NCBI GenBank assembly: GCA_964597575.1
Contig: CAZQXB010000001.1
Location: 842,892-906,891, forward strand
DNA: 64,000 nucleotides
Origin: an uncultured Gammaproteobacteria bacterium
GTDB lineage: Bacteria > Patescibacteriota > Patescibacteriia > Magasanikbacterales > UBA922
Direction: 5' to 3'
The position numbers were made by a program, and so were the translations under genes. The notes beneath the pieces are model-generated. The model did no database searches and had not been told where the DNA came from. It saw only the letters and a program-made list of their open reading frames with translations. The first letter of the stretch is position 1. Every line of letters starts with the position of its first letter. Of this stretch, positions 35,021-46,400 are shown one piece after another.

Positions 35021-36469
35021 CTACCGAATTTCTCGCACTTCAAGTAAGTTCACATGACCTTCACCTACGGGTTCTCCGGCCACGATAATAAGCCTATCTC
35101 CCACAACCACTTCTTGACGCTCTCGCAAATGTGCGACGGAACGCTCAACCAATTCTTCAATAGAAGAACATTCAGGTAACATAAAAGGCTCAACGCCCCA
35201 CGATAACACCAACTGGCGATACACTCGGTCCGCGGCAGTAGCTACAAAAATAGGTAATTCTGGGCGATGCCGGCTAATCAGCCGGGCGGTTTCCCCGGAA
35301 AGAGATGCGGCTAAAATTCCTTTTGCTTCAATTTCTTCAGCCACGAGGCGAGCCATGCGCGACACCACGTCGTCAACGGAACGACGATCCCCGTAATCAC
35401 GAATAACCATATTGTCGTACGATGACGCTTCAGCTTCTGACACAATGCTCGCCATCATGCGGACAGTTTCAATGGGGTAGCGACCTGTGGCGGTCTCGTT
35501 CGAAAGCATCACGGCATCTGTATGATCAAACACTGCATTCGCCACATCCGATACTTCTGCGCGAGTAGGGCGCGGGTTGGATTGCATGGAATCAAGCATC
35601 TGGGTTGCCACAATAACCGGCTTTCCAAAATGCAGCGCAGCATCAATAAGCTTTTTTTGAAGTAATGGAACCTCCTCAGCGCGCACCTCAACCCCTAAAT
35701 CTCCTCGTGCCACCATGATACCATCAGCCACAGACAAAATCGGTTCGATGCGTTCGACCGCCTCATGGCGTTCAATTTTCGCAATAACTCGAATCGGCTC
35801 GTGACTTACGATCTCTAGTTCTGATTCATATTGTTTCAAAAGATAGCGCACGTCAATTACGTCTTCAGGGCCCATGACAAACGATACAGCCACAAAATCC
35901 ACACCCGATTGAACACCAAAACGAAGATCTTCTTTATCTTTTTCAGTTAAGGCTCGAATAAAAAGCGCGGTATCAGGCACATTAATTCCTTTATGCGAAC
36001 TCAGTGTTCCACCCACTTTTACATGCGCGGTTATAATGGTGCCTTCTACTTGATCAACAATACACTCTACTCGCCCATCATCAATAAACAAACGCTCCCC
36101 TGGCTTAACATAGGTATGGAGTTTGTCGAAATCAATCGGCAAAGGACCATTCTTCTCGTACGATGTTTTTGAAGTATCAAAATGAAGAATATCACGATCT
36201 GCGATCACAATTCCCTCTAAGGGCAAAGCTCCTAAGCGAATTTTGGGACCCTGCAAGTCTTGCATAATGGCCACAGGCTTTCCTTCTTTTGCGCTCACCT
36301 CTCGAATCAATCGAATAAGTTCTGCGTGATCAGCATGGGTTCCGTGAGAAAAATTAAGCCGGGCGACACTCATCCCTGCCTGCACCATGCTTGTAACAGC
36401 CTCAAAGGTGTGCGATGAAGGACCGAGTGTGCACACTATTTTTGTTCGTGTACCATTCTTTTTTTCCAT
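35021..36469 (-). CDS. pyk: Pyruvate kinase
   Basis: RTKIVCTLGP, RLNFSHG, DLQGPKIR, MVARGDLG, ATQML. Confidence 0.96.
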   Translation of the reverse strand: MEKKNGTRTKIVCTLGPSSHTFEAVTSMVQAGMSVARLNFSHGTHADHAELIRLIREVSAKEGKPVAIMQDLQGPKIRLGALPLEGIVIADRDILHFDTSKTSYEKNGPLPIDFDKLHTYVKPGERLFIDDGRVECIVDQVEGTIITAHVKVGGTLSSHKGINVPDTALFIRALTEKDKEDLRFGVQSGVDFVAVSFVMGPEDVIDVRYLLKQYESELEIVSHEPIRVIAKIERHEAVERIEPILSVADGIMVARGDLGVEVRAEEVPLLQKKLIDAALHFGKPVIVATQMLDSMQSNPRPTRAEVSDVANAVFDHTDAVMLSNETATGRYPIETVRMMASIVSEAEASSYDNMVIRDYGDRRSVDDVVSRMARLVAEEIEAKGILAASLSGETARLISRHRPELPIFVATAADRVYRQLVLSWGVEPFMLPECSSIEELVERSVAHLRERQEVVVGDRLIIVAGEPVGEGHVNLLEVREIR

Positions 36470-36529
36470 ACGAGACCAGGGTCAAACTGCGAAAAATGAA
36501 TTAAACACGTTGCATTCTTTTAAAACATT

Positions 36530-36826
36530 CTATGACTTCAAAAGATCGAGCATTTCTGCATAAGGATTTTGATTTTTGGACGCGCCTAAAAATTGCTGCG
36601 AAAAATCTTTCAAAAGCGGAGGAAGATAAAGAATCGCAAGCACGATAGGTACAACGATAATCGCCAAACGAAAAAAATTTCCAATCACCGCCCAAAATAA
36701 GTATCGCTGAATACGTGTCTGACCTTCAACTACTTTTTTTGACCAAGCAATGCTCTCTTCAATGCGAGCAAGAAGGTCTGCTGGAAGAGCCGAGGAGGTG
36801 AGAGGTGGTTTTTCTTCTTCAGGCAT
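36530..36826 (-). CDS. Hypothetical single-TM protein
   Basis: Start moved to MPEEEK; hydrophobic segment IIVVPIVLAILYLPP. Confidence 0.6.
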   Translation of the reverse strand: MPEEEKPPLTSSALPADLLARIEESIAWSKKVVEGQTRIQRYLFWAVIGNFFRLAIIVVPIVLAILYLPPLLKDFSQQFLGASKNQNPYAEMLDLLKS

Positions 36827-36840
36827 AAAAACGAAAAACA

Positions 36841-37311
36841 TTATACAGACGAACGCTTTCTTTTTCTCCCTAAAGATTTGAGTTCGTTCTGAAAGGTATC
36901 TACATCCTCGAAGGCGCGGTAAATTGAAGCGAAACGAATATACGCCACCGTATCAAATTTTCGTAAATGCTTCATCACAAGCTCCCCAATATCTTGACTT
37001 GTTACTTCACGGCGTTTGTATTTCTGAATATCTCGCTCAATCGCATGAATGAGCGTATCAAAATTCTCTTCAGTATACGGCCGTTTGGTGAGTGACTGCA
37101 AAACTCCTCGTTCTAATTTTGGACGGGAATACGACTCTCGATGCCCATCACGCTTCACAACCATAACATCAAGAAGCTCTGCCTCTTCGAGAGTCGAGAA
37201 ACGAAAATGGCATTTTTCGCATTCCCGACGACGCCGAATGGAGTATCCATCCTGAGCGATTCTCGTATCAATGACTCGTGTTTCTTTGGAACGACAAATC
37301 AAGCATTGCAT
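36841..37311 (-). CDS. nrdR: Transcriptional repressor NrdR
   Basis: CxxC...IRRRREC..C..RFST, ATP cone, VAYIRFASIY. Confidence 0.96.
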   Translation of the reverse strand: MQCLICRSKETRVIDTRIAQDGYSIRRRRECEKCHFRFSTLEEAELLDVMVVKRDGHRESYSRPKLERGVLQSLTKRPYTEENFDTLIHAIERDIQKYKRREVTSQDIGELVMKHLRKFDTVAYIRFASIYRAFEDVDTFQNELKSLGRKRKRSSV

Positions 37312-37356
37312 ATGGACAAGTATACCACAAAAACGGAAAGAGGGGCCGGCCGAAAA

Positions 37357-38679
37357 TTACATGCCCATTTTCTTGCGAATAAACGCAGGGATCTCAAGAT
37401 CGTTTTGATCAATCGGTTTTGGTTCAGCAGGCGGCGTCTGCGGACGAAGCGGTTGAATTTGCGGTGGAGGGGTTGGAGCAGATTCTTCAACCATCGGAGT
37501 TTGCCGCGTTTGAAACATACGACGTACCGGCTGAGGTGTAGGTGTTTCTTCTACAACCTCTTCCGCTACTTCCGCAGTGCTTGGTGTGGAAAACGGTTTG
37601 AGAAGTGGGGTTTTTTTCGGAAAAAGAGTTCCGCTATAGAGTGGTCGTTTCGGACGAGTGGCAAACTGCTCATCTTCCTCTGTGGTAATAACCGGTGGTG
37701 GTGCCTGCATTCCAAGCCGCCGATCGCGCGACTCAAAACCCGTCGCAATGACAGTAACACGCACATCTTCTCCCATACTATCATCGAACATGACACCAAA
37801 AATAACTTTTGCATCACCATCGGAAGAATTAGTGATGATTTTCGCCGCCTCATTCACCTCTTGCATGGTAAGGCTGCTTGAGGCAGTAATGGTAAAAAGA
37901 ATACCGCGTGCACCATCAATTGAAAGGTCAAGGAGAGGGCTCGAAATAGCCATGTTTGCCGCATCAACCGCTCGTGTTTCTCCACGACCGACACCAATAC
38001 CCATAAGCGCCGAACCCGTATTTGACATGATCGTTTTCACGTCGGCAAAATCAACATTGATGTGCCCTGGCACTGTAATAACTTCAGAAATTCCCTGAAC
38101 ACCTTGGCGCAAAATATCATCGACAATTTTGAACGCCTCCATCATCGAAGTTTTTTTGTCGATCACTTGAAGTACTCGATCGTTTGGAATTGTAATAATC
38201 GCATCAACATGGCGAGACAACTCATCGTGAGCGCGCTCTGCGATTGCTTTTCTTTGTGGTCCCTCGAAAGAAAAAGGTTTTGTTACTACGGCCACAGTAA
38301 GCGCGCCAAGTTCTTTGGCTATCGCCGCAACAACCGGAGCTGCTCCAGAACCGGTACCACCGCCAAGGCCGCAGGTAATAAAAACCATATCCGTATTTGC
38401 AAGCGCGTCCCGAATTTCATTCTGTGCCTCTTCCGCACTGCGACGACCCATTTCTGGATCCATACCTGCCCCAAGACCACGAGTGACTGTTTTTCCAATA
38501 TGGAGTTTTTGTGAAGCGCTGTTATGATGGAGTGCCTGAACATCTGTATTTAGAGCCATGAACTCCACACCACGAATCCCCTCTTTCACCATGCGCTCAA
38601 CAGCTGAGCCACCCCCCCCACCTACACCTACCACTTTTATTTTGGCAAATGTTTCAATATCAGGTTTTACTTGAGGCAT
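37357..38679 (-). CDS. ftsZ: Cell division protein FtsZ
   Basis: IKVVGVGGGG, GGGTGSG, INVDFAD, C-terminal LEIPAFIRK. Confidence 0.98.
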   Translation of the reverse strand: MPQVKPDIETFAKIKVVGVGGGGGSAVERMVKEGIRGVEFMALNTDVQALHHNSASQKLHIGKTVTRGLGAGMDPEMGRRSAEEAQNEIRDALANTDMVFITCGLGGGTGSGAAPVVAAIAKELGALTVAVVTKPFSFEGPQRKAIAERAHDELSRHVDAIITIPNDRVLQVIDKKTSMMEAFKIVDDILRQGVQGISEVITVPGHINVDFADVKTIMSNTGSALMGIGVGRGETRAVDAANMAISSPLLDLSIDGARGILFTITASSSLTMQEVNEAAKIITNSSDGDAKVIFGVMFDDSMGEDVRVTVIATGFESRDRRLGMQAPPPVITTEEDEQFATRPKRPLYSGTLFPKKTPLLKPFSTPSTAEVAEEVVEETPTPQPVRRMFQTRQTPMVEESAPTPPPQIQPLRPQTPPAEPKPIDQNDLEIPAFIRKKMGM

Positions 38680-38840
38680 ATGAAGAGTGTTACTGAACAA
38701 CAAATGTGTTCAAATGTATGTCAACTGAGCGAATTTGTGGATGTAGTGTATCGGGGTGAAGAACCCTATGTCAAGTGAACAAAAAACTGAGATCAAAAAA
38801 AACCGGCTTTCTCGTGGAACCGGCCATTCTTTTTTTAACA

Positions 38841-40097
38841 CTACGGAATGAGGGAAGAGAAAATTTTACGAAATTTTTCTGCGATCTTACTTGTCGTGCC
38901 CGAAAAAGAGAATGATCGCTTGCCGCCAGATCGACGCATCATCTCACTCCCCCATCGCACGAGCCCAACAGCCGGCACAAACGCAGCATCATGAATTTTT
39001 TGCGTAATACTTGGCATATCAATCGGCGTACCAATCGTTACCGGGAGACGAAGAATTTCTTTTGCCAAAGGAAGGAGGCCTTCAATTTTTGATCCGCCAC
39101 CCGTAAACACAACTCCGGCAGGTAAACGACCTGAGCGATCAATTCGAGCAAGCTCACGATCAACAGTCTCTAAAATTTCTGCCATGCGAGCACTTACAAT
39201 CTCGGCAATATATTGCCGAGAAATTTCTTCGCTCTGTTTCGCCCCAACATCTTTCAGATTAATAAGATCTTTCTTTTTCACAGCCTCGGGAAGAGAGTGA
39301 CCGTATAATAATTTCACCCTCTCCGCCACATCGATATCGGTTCGAAGCCCAATCGCAATGTCGCTCGTTACGTGAACCGAACCAATCGGAAGAGTGGCAG
39401 TATGAATCATATCACCATTCTCATACACCACCACATTTGTAGTCGCTCCTCCAATATCCACAACCGCCACCCCAATATCGCGCTGGCGCGCGGTGGTGAC
39501 GACCTGGCTGGTCGCAAAAATAGAAACGACTAAATCATGAATGTCATACCCTGTGCGATAAATCGCTCTCTCGACATTCTTTAAATGACTCGAAAGAACA
39601 TAGAGCATGTTCGCTTCTACCTCAAGGCGCACCCCGGTCATGCCGACTGGATCTTTAATCCCCATCTGACCATCCACGGTATAACGGTGCGGTAAAATAT
39701 CAATCACTTCATAATTGAGCGGGGTTGAAACCATTCGAGAAGCTTCATGTGCTCGCGCCACATCATCTTCGGAAATTTCTCCATCAGCTTTAGCCACAGC
39801 CACGACCCCTTTAGTTGGTTGAAGCAAAATATGATTTCCTGTCACCCCCACCCAAACAGCCTCCAAAGGAACACCAACTAATCGCTCTGCCTGTTCAAGA
39901 GCACCGGCAATAGTTGAAACAACCTCTTCAATACTTGTGATCGTGCCCCGTTCGATACCATTTGAAGGCACCTCAACAACTGCAATAATGTTCATTTCGC
40001 CGCTGTCTCGCCCACTTTGGCCAACCGCAACCCGAACAGCCGTAGAACCAATATCGAGGCCGGTGATAAGTGCGGGTTGTCGACGATGTTTAGACAT
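38841..40097 (-). CDS. ftsA: Cell division protein FtsA
   Basis: GLDIGST, DPVGMTGVRLE, DIGGATT, VFTGGGS; upstream of ftsZ. Confidence 0.96.
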   Translation of the reverse strand: MSKHRRQPALITGLDIGSTAVRVAVGQSGRDSGEMNIIAVVEVPSNGIERGTITSIEEVVSTIAGALEQAERLVGVPLEAVWVGVTGNHILLQPTKGVVAVAKADGEISEDDVARAHEASRMVSTPLNYEVIDILPHRYTVDGQMGIKDPVGMTGVRLEVEANMLYVLSSHLKNVERAIYRTGYDIHDLVVSIFATSQVVTTARQRDIGVAVVDIGGATTNVVVYENGDMIHTATLPIGSVHVTSDIAIGLRTDIDVAERVKLLYGHSLPEAVKKKDLINLKDVGAKQSEEISRQYIAEIVSARMAEILETVDRELARIDRSGRLPAGVVFTGGGSKIEGLLPLAKEILRLPVTIGTPIDMPSITQKIHDAAFVPAVGLVRWGSEMMRRSGGKRSFSFSGTTSKIAEKFRKIFSSLIP

Positions 40098-40130
40098 AGG
40101 GCACTGGCGATGAGTATACCGTATTCTTAA

Positions 40131-40496
40131 CTACAAGAAAAGATGTATAATGCGCGGAAGAAAGACCGTGAGTCCAATAACAATTGCGATAAACGATGAA
40201 ACGAGAACTGCACCGGCAAGCATATCTTTTACACGCGCAATAGGTTCAGACAAACGCGGGTTCGTAATGTCGATGAGCGCCTCAATCGCACTATTCACCA
40301 GTTCAAGAGAAAAAACCATGCCAACCACCAAAAAAAGACTAACCCATTCGCTCAGGGAAATACGAAAAAAGATACCGAAGAGAAAAACAACAGTAGCACA
40401 CACTACATGAAAACGAATATTTTTTTCAGTTCGATACGCTGAAATAAGCCCTCGAAATGCATGGCGGATACTGTAGCGAAAGGAAATCGGGTTCAT
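40131..40496 (-). CDS. dgkA: Diacylglycerol/undecaprenol kinase
   Basis: EKNIRFH, ELVNSAIE, KDMLAGAVL. Confidence 0.88.
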   Translation of the reverse strand: MNPISFRYSIRHAFRGLISAYRTEKNIRFHVVCATVVFLFGIFFRISLSEWVSLFLVVGMVFSLELVNSAIEALIDITNPRLSEPIARVKDMLAGAVLVSSFIAIVIGLTVFLPRIIHLFL

Positions 40497-40936
40497 AGGA
40501 CACGCTTTACAATAGCTTCTTGAAGCGGGTACATTTTTGCCTGCTCTGCTTTTGTACCATGATCAAAACCGAAAAGATGCAGCACTCCGTGCACAAGCAT
40601 GCGCGTAAATTCTTCTTGAATGCGAATACCGTGCTTTTTGGCCTGGCGACAAATTTGTGGGTACGAGATGAAAATATCACCCATCTCATTTGAAGGAAAG
40701 AAACCAGGTAAACCTTCTTGAGTCGGGAAAGATAAGACATCGGTAGTCCCCTTCATGCGGCGATGCCGGCGATTGAGCGTTGTCATGCGTGTATCTCCAA
40801 TAACATGAACACTCACACTGGCTTTCGGACGCCCGAGCTTTTTTAGTATTTCAGAAATAATTCCAAGAATATACCGATCAGAAAATGGAGATCCCGACAC
40901 GGTTCGGTAGATCGTGGAAGATGAGGCCATAGACAT
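40493..40936 (-). CDS. ybeY: rRNA maturation endoribonuclease YbeY
   Basis: TDVLSFP, GDIFIS, HGVLHLFGFDH. Confidence 0.93.
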   Translation of the reverse strand: MSMASSSTIYRTVSGSPFSDRYILGIISEILKKLGRPKASVSVHVIGDTRMTTLNRRHRRMKGTTDVLSFPTQEGLPGFFPSNEMGDIFISYPQICRQAKKHGIRIQEEFTRMLVHGVLHLFGFDHGTKAEQAKMYPLQEAIVKRVL

Positions 40937-40938
40937 GG

Positions 40939-42138
40939 TTAATTTCCTACCTCCGGAATTCTCGGCTGTTCGGCAGTTTCTACTGCACTTTTCTCTGGCC
41001 GAAAACTTTGATATACCATCTCCATCACATGACGGTAGAGCACCGTGTCGGCTGACCCTTGGCGATACAGAAGAACATACACCTTATTTGGAGTATCTTT
41101 GTAGGCGACAAGACCATCCTGACGAACAAAGATTTCTTCCATGAATCGATTTGTTTTTCGATTAATATCACTAAAACGCTGAGATAGTGCTACGCGTCCA
41201 AACCACATTTCAAACGTTTCTCCTGGCAATTTTGTCATCGTACGGATCTCGATGAAATCTCCCGTAACAGAACTTACCAAGACTTGAGTGGCTGCAGTAT
41301 CTACGATACCTACGTCCCACGCCGACGGATAAAATAATCGCCAAGTATTCTCCGGATGGACAAACTCACGGACAAGTCCGGAATCAATAATTTTGACCGG
41401 AGCAAAACCGCTCGGATTATATAAATTTACCACTTCCTGACCATCAAAGTACCCGTCCGCATCACTATCCCAAGTACCACTGTCGGTTCGAAAAACCTCC
41501 TCCTCAATATCAGTAAGCGTATCTTTATCCACATCTTCTGCATCGACTAATCCTGTGAGAGGAAAAACAAGAGGTAATTCTCGAGACGGTGAGGTTGTTG
41601 GCACGGTCATTTCTGAGCTCGTAGAGGCAACGGGCGGAGGCACAATAACCGGCTCTGGTGCTACCGGAGGTGGGATAGGGACTGGTTCCGGCACAACCAC
41701 AAGTGGCTCATTCGAAGTATTGGGCTGTTCTGGAAGCGAACGCGCAACATACCACCAAGAAATGCCTCCGAGCACAATGATAGTGAGCCCCCCTCCAACC
41801 CAGAAAAGTAAACGCCCCCTCCCCTTTTGTGGCGGCTGCACCAGACCCACATCTTCATTTGGAGGCACGGGTTGAGCAACCTCTTCCAGAGCCTCTTCTT
41901 GAATCATTTTCGCAACATCCTGACGATGTGTTTGCGATAATTGACGTGAAACAGAGTTTTGGGATTCAACAGTAATTGCTTTTGGTACGACAGACGACTC
42001 CGATTTTGCGTCGGTATCAGCATAAACCACAGGGTTTGCTCCACCATAAAAAACATCAGGGATACGAGTCACTCTCGCCTGAAGTGGTGGAGCTGCCGGC
42101 GCTGTGGGTTCTGTTTTTTTCTTCGACCAGAAAGCCAT
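40939..42138 (-). CDS. Single-TM protein with DxDxDG Ca-binding (TSP3-like) repeats
   Basis: Start moved to MAFWSK; TM; DVDKDTLTD, DSDADGYFDG.E..NLYNP. Confidence 0.75.
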   Translation of the reverse strand: MAFWSKKKTEPTAPAAPPLQARVTRIPDVFYGGANPVVYADTDAKSESSVVPKAITVESQNSVSRQLSQTHRQDVAKMIQEEALEEVAQPVPPNEDVGLVQPPQKGRGRLLFWVGGGLTIIVLGGISWWYVARSLPEQPNTSNEPLVVVPEPVPIPPPVAPEPVIVPPPVASTSSEMTVPTTSPSRELPLVFPLTGLVDAEDVDKDTLTDIEEEVFRTDSGTWDSDADGYFDGQEVVNLYNPSGFAPVKIIDSGLVREFVHPENTWRLFYPSAWDVGIVDTAATQVLVSSVTGDFIEIRTMTKLPGETFEMWFGRVALSQRFSDINRKTNRFMEEIFVRQDGLVAYKDTPNKVYVLLYRQGSADTVLYRHVMEMVYQSFRPEKSAVETAEQPRIPEVGN

Positions 42139-42151
42139 AGAAAATAATTGT

Positions 42152-42976
42152 CTACAAGGTACGCGGAGAAGTCGTTGGTGGTTCAAAGATACGTCCGGCA
42201 CCTAAGGGGCTATATCCGTTTTTAATCTCTTCTTCATCGGTGTACCCATCATTATCAGTATCTGGGTTTTGCGGGTTACTCTTCCATGTTACCACTTCAT
42301 CATAATCCGACAAACCGTCACCATCGGTATCGAATCGTTTTGGGTCGGTTCCAATATCCCCTTCTTTCAAATCATCGAGGCCGTCGCCATCCGTATCAGG
42401 AACATTCCCGAACAAAATTGCATCATCAATAGGGTCGGTTTCGTCATCTTCTGTAGGTTCTGGAATCACACCACCACCTTGGGTATCTGACGGAATCACA
42501 CCGTCATTCTCATTCGGCACCTTGCCGCTATTGAGCGTAGGCGCAATATATGTTTTGTATGCCCAGTATCCACCAAACCCGAGACCTGCAACCAGGATAA
42601 GAATAGCAATAACCAAAAAGATGCTTTTAAAAATGGATGGCTCTTGGATACGGTATTCTGGATAGCTCGCTGGTGCCTCATGAAGTGGCTCTGTACCCCT
42701 TGGTGCTGGAACGTCTACCGGTCGAGCCATTGGTGTTTCTTCAAGAACTTCAAAATCGTCCGCGGGTAAAGGTTCTGCCAATTTTGGTGCCGCACTCGCC
42801 CGACGCACCTTCGGTTTAAGTACACCTGCCTCAAGAGCCGAGGGAGGGTCATCGCTCAAGCGAGGAGCTTCTTCTTTTGCCAATGCGCCAGAAAACATAT
42901 CTTCTGGCTCCCCAATAGGAAGATTTGATGGTACTTGCCCTCTGGTTCCCGAACCTGTCAATTGATCGTCGAACAT
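42152..42976 (-). CDS. Single-TM protein with DTDGDG Ca-binding repeats
   Basis: TM; DTDGDGLDD, DTDGDGLSD, DTDNDGYTD.EEIKNGYSP. Confidence 0.78.
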   Translation of the reverse strand: MFDDQLTGSGTRGQVPSNLPIGEPEDMFSGALAKEEAPRLSDDPPSALEAGVLKPKVRRASAAPKLAEPLPADDFEVLEETPMARPVDVPAPRGTEPLHEAPASYPEYRIQEPSIFKSIFLVIAILILVAGLGFGGYWAYKTYIAPTLNSGKVPNENDGVIPSDTQGGGVIPEPTEDDETDPIDDAILFGNVPDTDGDGLDDLKEGDIGTDPKRFDTDGDGLSDYDEVVTWKSNPQNPDTDNDGYTDEEEIKNGYSPLGAGRIFEPPTTSPRTL

Positions 42977-42993
42977 ACAAACAGAATATATGG

Positions 42994-43395
42994 TTATGGA
43001 AGCTTCCCAGCCCCTCGTGGATTATACCCACCTAACACCTCAACGCCGTCAGAGAATGTATCTCCGTCAGTATCTGCCTTTGTTGGATCAGTTTTCGTAA
43101 GGTTTACCTCAAGCGCATCCGAGAGTCCATCACTATCCGAATCAAAATCGTTTGGATTGGTTTTTAGTTTTTTTTCTTCATCATTCGTTAACCCATCACG
43201 GTCATCATCATCGGGAAATGGGTTTGGGTTTGGGACCGGAGGAGGTGGGTCTACTGTCTTCACTTCCTCTTGATTTCCAATTATTTGTGGAGGAGAGGGT
43301 GATTTCGCGCTTGGCCGCAGGATGAAAAACAACCCGCCAACCAAGAGAATACCAGCAATAACGATTAGGATAATGCGACGCATGCGGCTGAACAT
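42994..43395 (-). CDS. Small membrane-anchored protein with DxDxDG repeats
   Basis: N-terminal TM; DDDRDGLTN, DSDSDGLSD, DTDGDTFSDG. Confidence 0.75.
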   Translation of the reverse strand: MFSRMRRIILIVIAGILLVGGLFFILRPSAKSPSPPQIIGNQEEVKTVDPPPPVPNPNPFPDDDDRDGLTNDEEKKLKTNPNDFDSDSDGLSDALEVNLTKTDPTKADTDGDTFSDGVEVLGGYNPRGAGKLP

Positions 43396-43444
43396 ATGGT
43401 GTATTATAGCACGAGAAGTCTATTCCCCAAATGAAGCCCCCCTT

Positions 43445-46400
43445 TTAGGTGTTGTTATGAATATCCACGATATCGGTTTCAATACTTCCATCACCAGTCG
43501 GACCAACTGGACGAATTTCATAGGTTCCTGTTGCTTGATTTCGAACAATGTTAAACACATGCCAGTAGTTCGCATTTGGATTTGAACTTGTACCTGCGAT
43601 ATTTCGAATTCTAAAGACACGGGGCGCATACACAGAACGAGCACTGTCTTGATCTTGCTGATATTCGTAGACCTCCACAATCAGACCTGGGTTTGCAACA
43701 TACCTCCCCATCGGCCGGACACTATCATCAACAAAATACTGGAACGGAGCACTCGTCTGAGCTTGACTCAGGTCGATTGTCAGTGCTTTGACAAATGTAT
43801 CCTCTAGCTGAATTTGTGGATGAACAAAGACGCGAGCCGTGCCGTCTGAAGTATTGAAGGTGGTACAGCCTGTTGACCACCAGTACGACTCATTCGGCCG
43901 GAGTGTCTGAAGGGAGATATTGTTGCAGAGATAATTTGTTCTTGACAAACGGGTTTGAGTATCCGCCACTGAAAAATCGATAATACGCCCAAAGACAGGA
44001 GAAAAATCATTATGATACAAGCGCCCCAAGAAACGCCCATCGTCCTCGGCACCAGACCAACGAAGAACGACACGGAAAACGTTTGGTGGTACCGCTGGAG
44101 AAAATACAAACTCACGAGTTACTTCCTGCTGTTCTCCATTTACAGGGAATGGAAATAAGGATCCTCGTCTCTGTGGCGTAAGCGGTTGACCAAATGCACG
44201 GCTGTAGCTCCCGATAAACATGCGATTAATATCAAGGTGGTACACGTCGGTACAAAGATTGTTGGTATTAATATTAAGCTGATCATTTAACCGAGCAGTA
44301 TTTGCAGGGTAGGCAAACACTGATCCTGGTTGTCTGAAACTAAAGAGGGCACTCACTTCTTCGGTTAACAAACGACTGCCTAAAAGGCCACGGAACGCCC
44401 AGGTTCGGAGAATGACACCTCCAGCAGAAGAAGACTCCTGGAGAACGAATCCTGCAGTAGACGAGGCACGAAGCATGCTCACCTCAGTTGACTGTCCCCA
44501 CGCATTCGCCCCACTTTGCGCATAATCAACGATAGGGTTAATTACGGCAATACGTGGATTTGCTCCACCCCCGGTAAAGTCGGCACAATCGACCAAACCA
44601 TCCCCATCATCATCAAGGCCATTCGTACAAATAGGATTTGTATTGTCGGTATAACGGCAGTTCGTTGCCTGACCTGGCGCACACTGCACTCGATTTGCCC
44701 CTGACGAACAAAGCGCATCCTGGCAGCTTGGCTGCGAAGAAGAACCGTTCACGCGGCACAAACCCTGCTGCGCGCTACATGTTTCAATAACTCCACAAAC
44801 CGTACAGTTATCTACGAGACGGCGGCAGTTATTTTGACAAGAAAACGCTCCTCGATTCGCCGTAGGAAGCGTTCCTCGGCTACAGGTAAGTGCAGGGCCG
44901 TTTGCAATAGTGCTCGTTGTTACACCCCCGGTCGAAAGAGTGTCGCATACTTCTCCAGCATCTCGCTGAACAATACCATCACCACAATATGTTATCGGAT
45001 CACGGGTAACTGTAGTACATTCTGCCGAACACAATGTTACTCTCTGACCATATGGTGGATTTTGCGGTACAAGGCCGTTCGCATCCGCCTCATCACACGT
45101 CTCTCCTAAATTACTCTGAACAATTCCATCACCACAGAATGGACCGGCATTTGGATTTGAAATTACAACATTCGTTCGACGGAAACAGAGGTTCGAACAC
45201 GAGTCTAAGTTATCGGTATTGCCGTCGTCACACTCTTCATGCGGCTCATTCACAAAACTATCCCCACAGTATCCTCCCGTAGCCTGACAATCAAACGAAC
45301 AACTTGCTCCCCGAAGCGGATGATAGGTTGGGCGGGCGGTGAGTACACATGAATCTCCAGAAGAGCACTGACTATCCTGATCACAGGCAGTAGCCGCAGC
45401 ACAGTATGTCGATCGAGTAAATCGTAAAAATTGGTTTAACCCTCGGAACAGTCCAATAATCTGATTTCCTGGAGCAAATTCAATTGTTCGTACAAATCCA
45501 TTATTATTTGGCGTGGAAACCACCACCCATCGCTCTCCTCCATTGTTTGTAGCCCAAGCAGCGTACCCTGCTTGTCCACTGAATCCTTGGTACAAAACGA
45601 TACGATCCAAAACAACTACAGTCTGTGCATCGAGGAGGGCAATAGCGCTCGGACCGGCAGAAGAAACAATTGCACGGTCAGGCGCCGGAAGATCAAGGGA
45701 AGTCCATGTTACACCGCTGTCTGTTGTACGAAAGACGCGACGAGATGCATCGGTTACCAAATACCCCAAATTTCTGTTTGCAAATACAAAGTCGACTTGC
45801 TCAGTTGCAGGATTTTCAGGCAACCGTTGCGCCACCCACGTTAACCCACCGTTGGTGGTACTGAAAAATCCTGCGGTTCCGTATGCAAAGCCTGTTTGCT
45901 GATCGATAAATTGTAATTTTGAAATCGAAGTATTTGCCGCAAGCGGTGCGTACGATTGCTGCGACCAAGTGTCACCAGCATTTTCTGTTCTCCACACATT
46001 TTCCCCTGTTCCAGCAACGTACACCATAGTTGGGGAAACCGCATGAACAGCCTGAAGCACCACTCCCGAAGTATTTGGAATTTCGCGAGTAGTCCAATTG
46101 GCGCCACCGTTACTCGTCCGCATTAAAATTGCATTCCGTGAACCTCCAGTCTGCGCTCCGACAGCAAACCCAACCTGCGCATTCAAGAAGGTGATACCGC
46201 GCAAAATGATGCCGGTTTCTTGACGACTCACGCTCCAGCCAAAACCTGAGAATCTCATAATCGACGCACGATTCTGCGCTGTGTCAGTCATAACCGCCCA
46301 CGCACTCTGTTCACCCAAAACCGAGAGAGATTGAGCACCAATAATTTCTCCAGGATTTGGGGTGAGAAGAGGAACTACCGTCACATCAAACCGAGGATCA

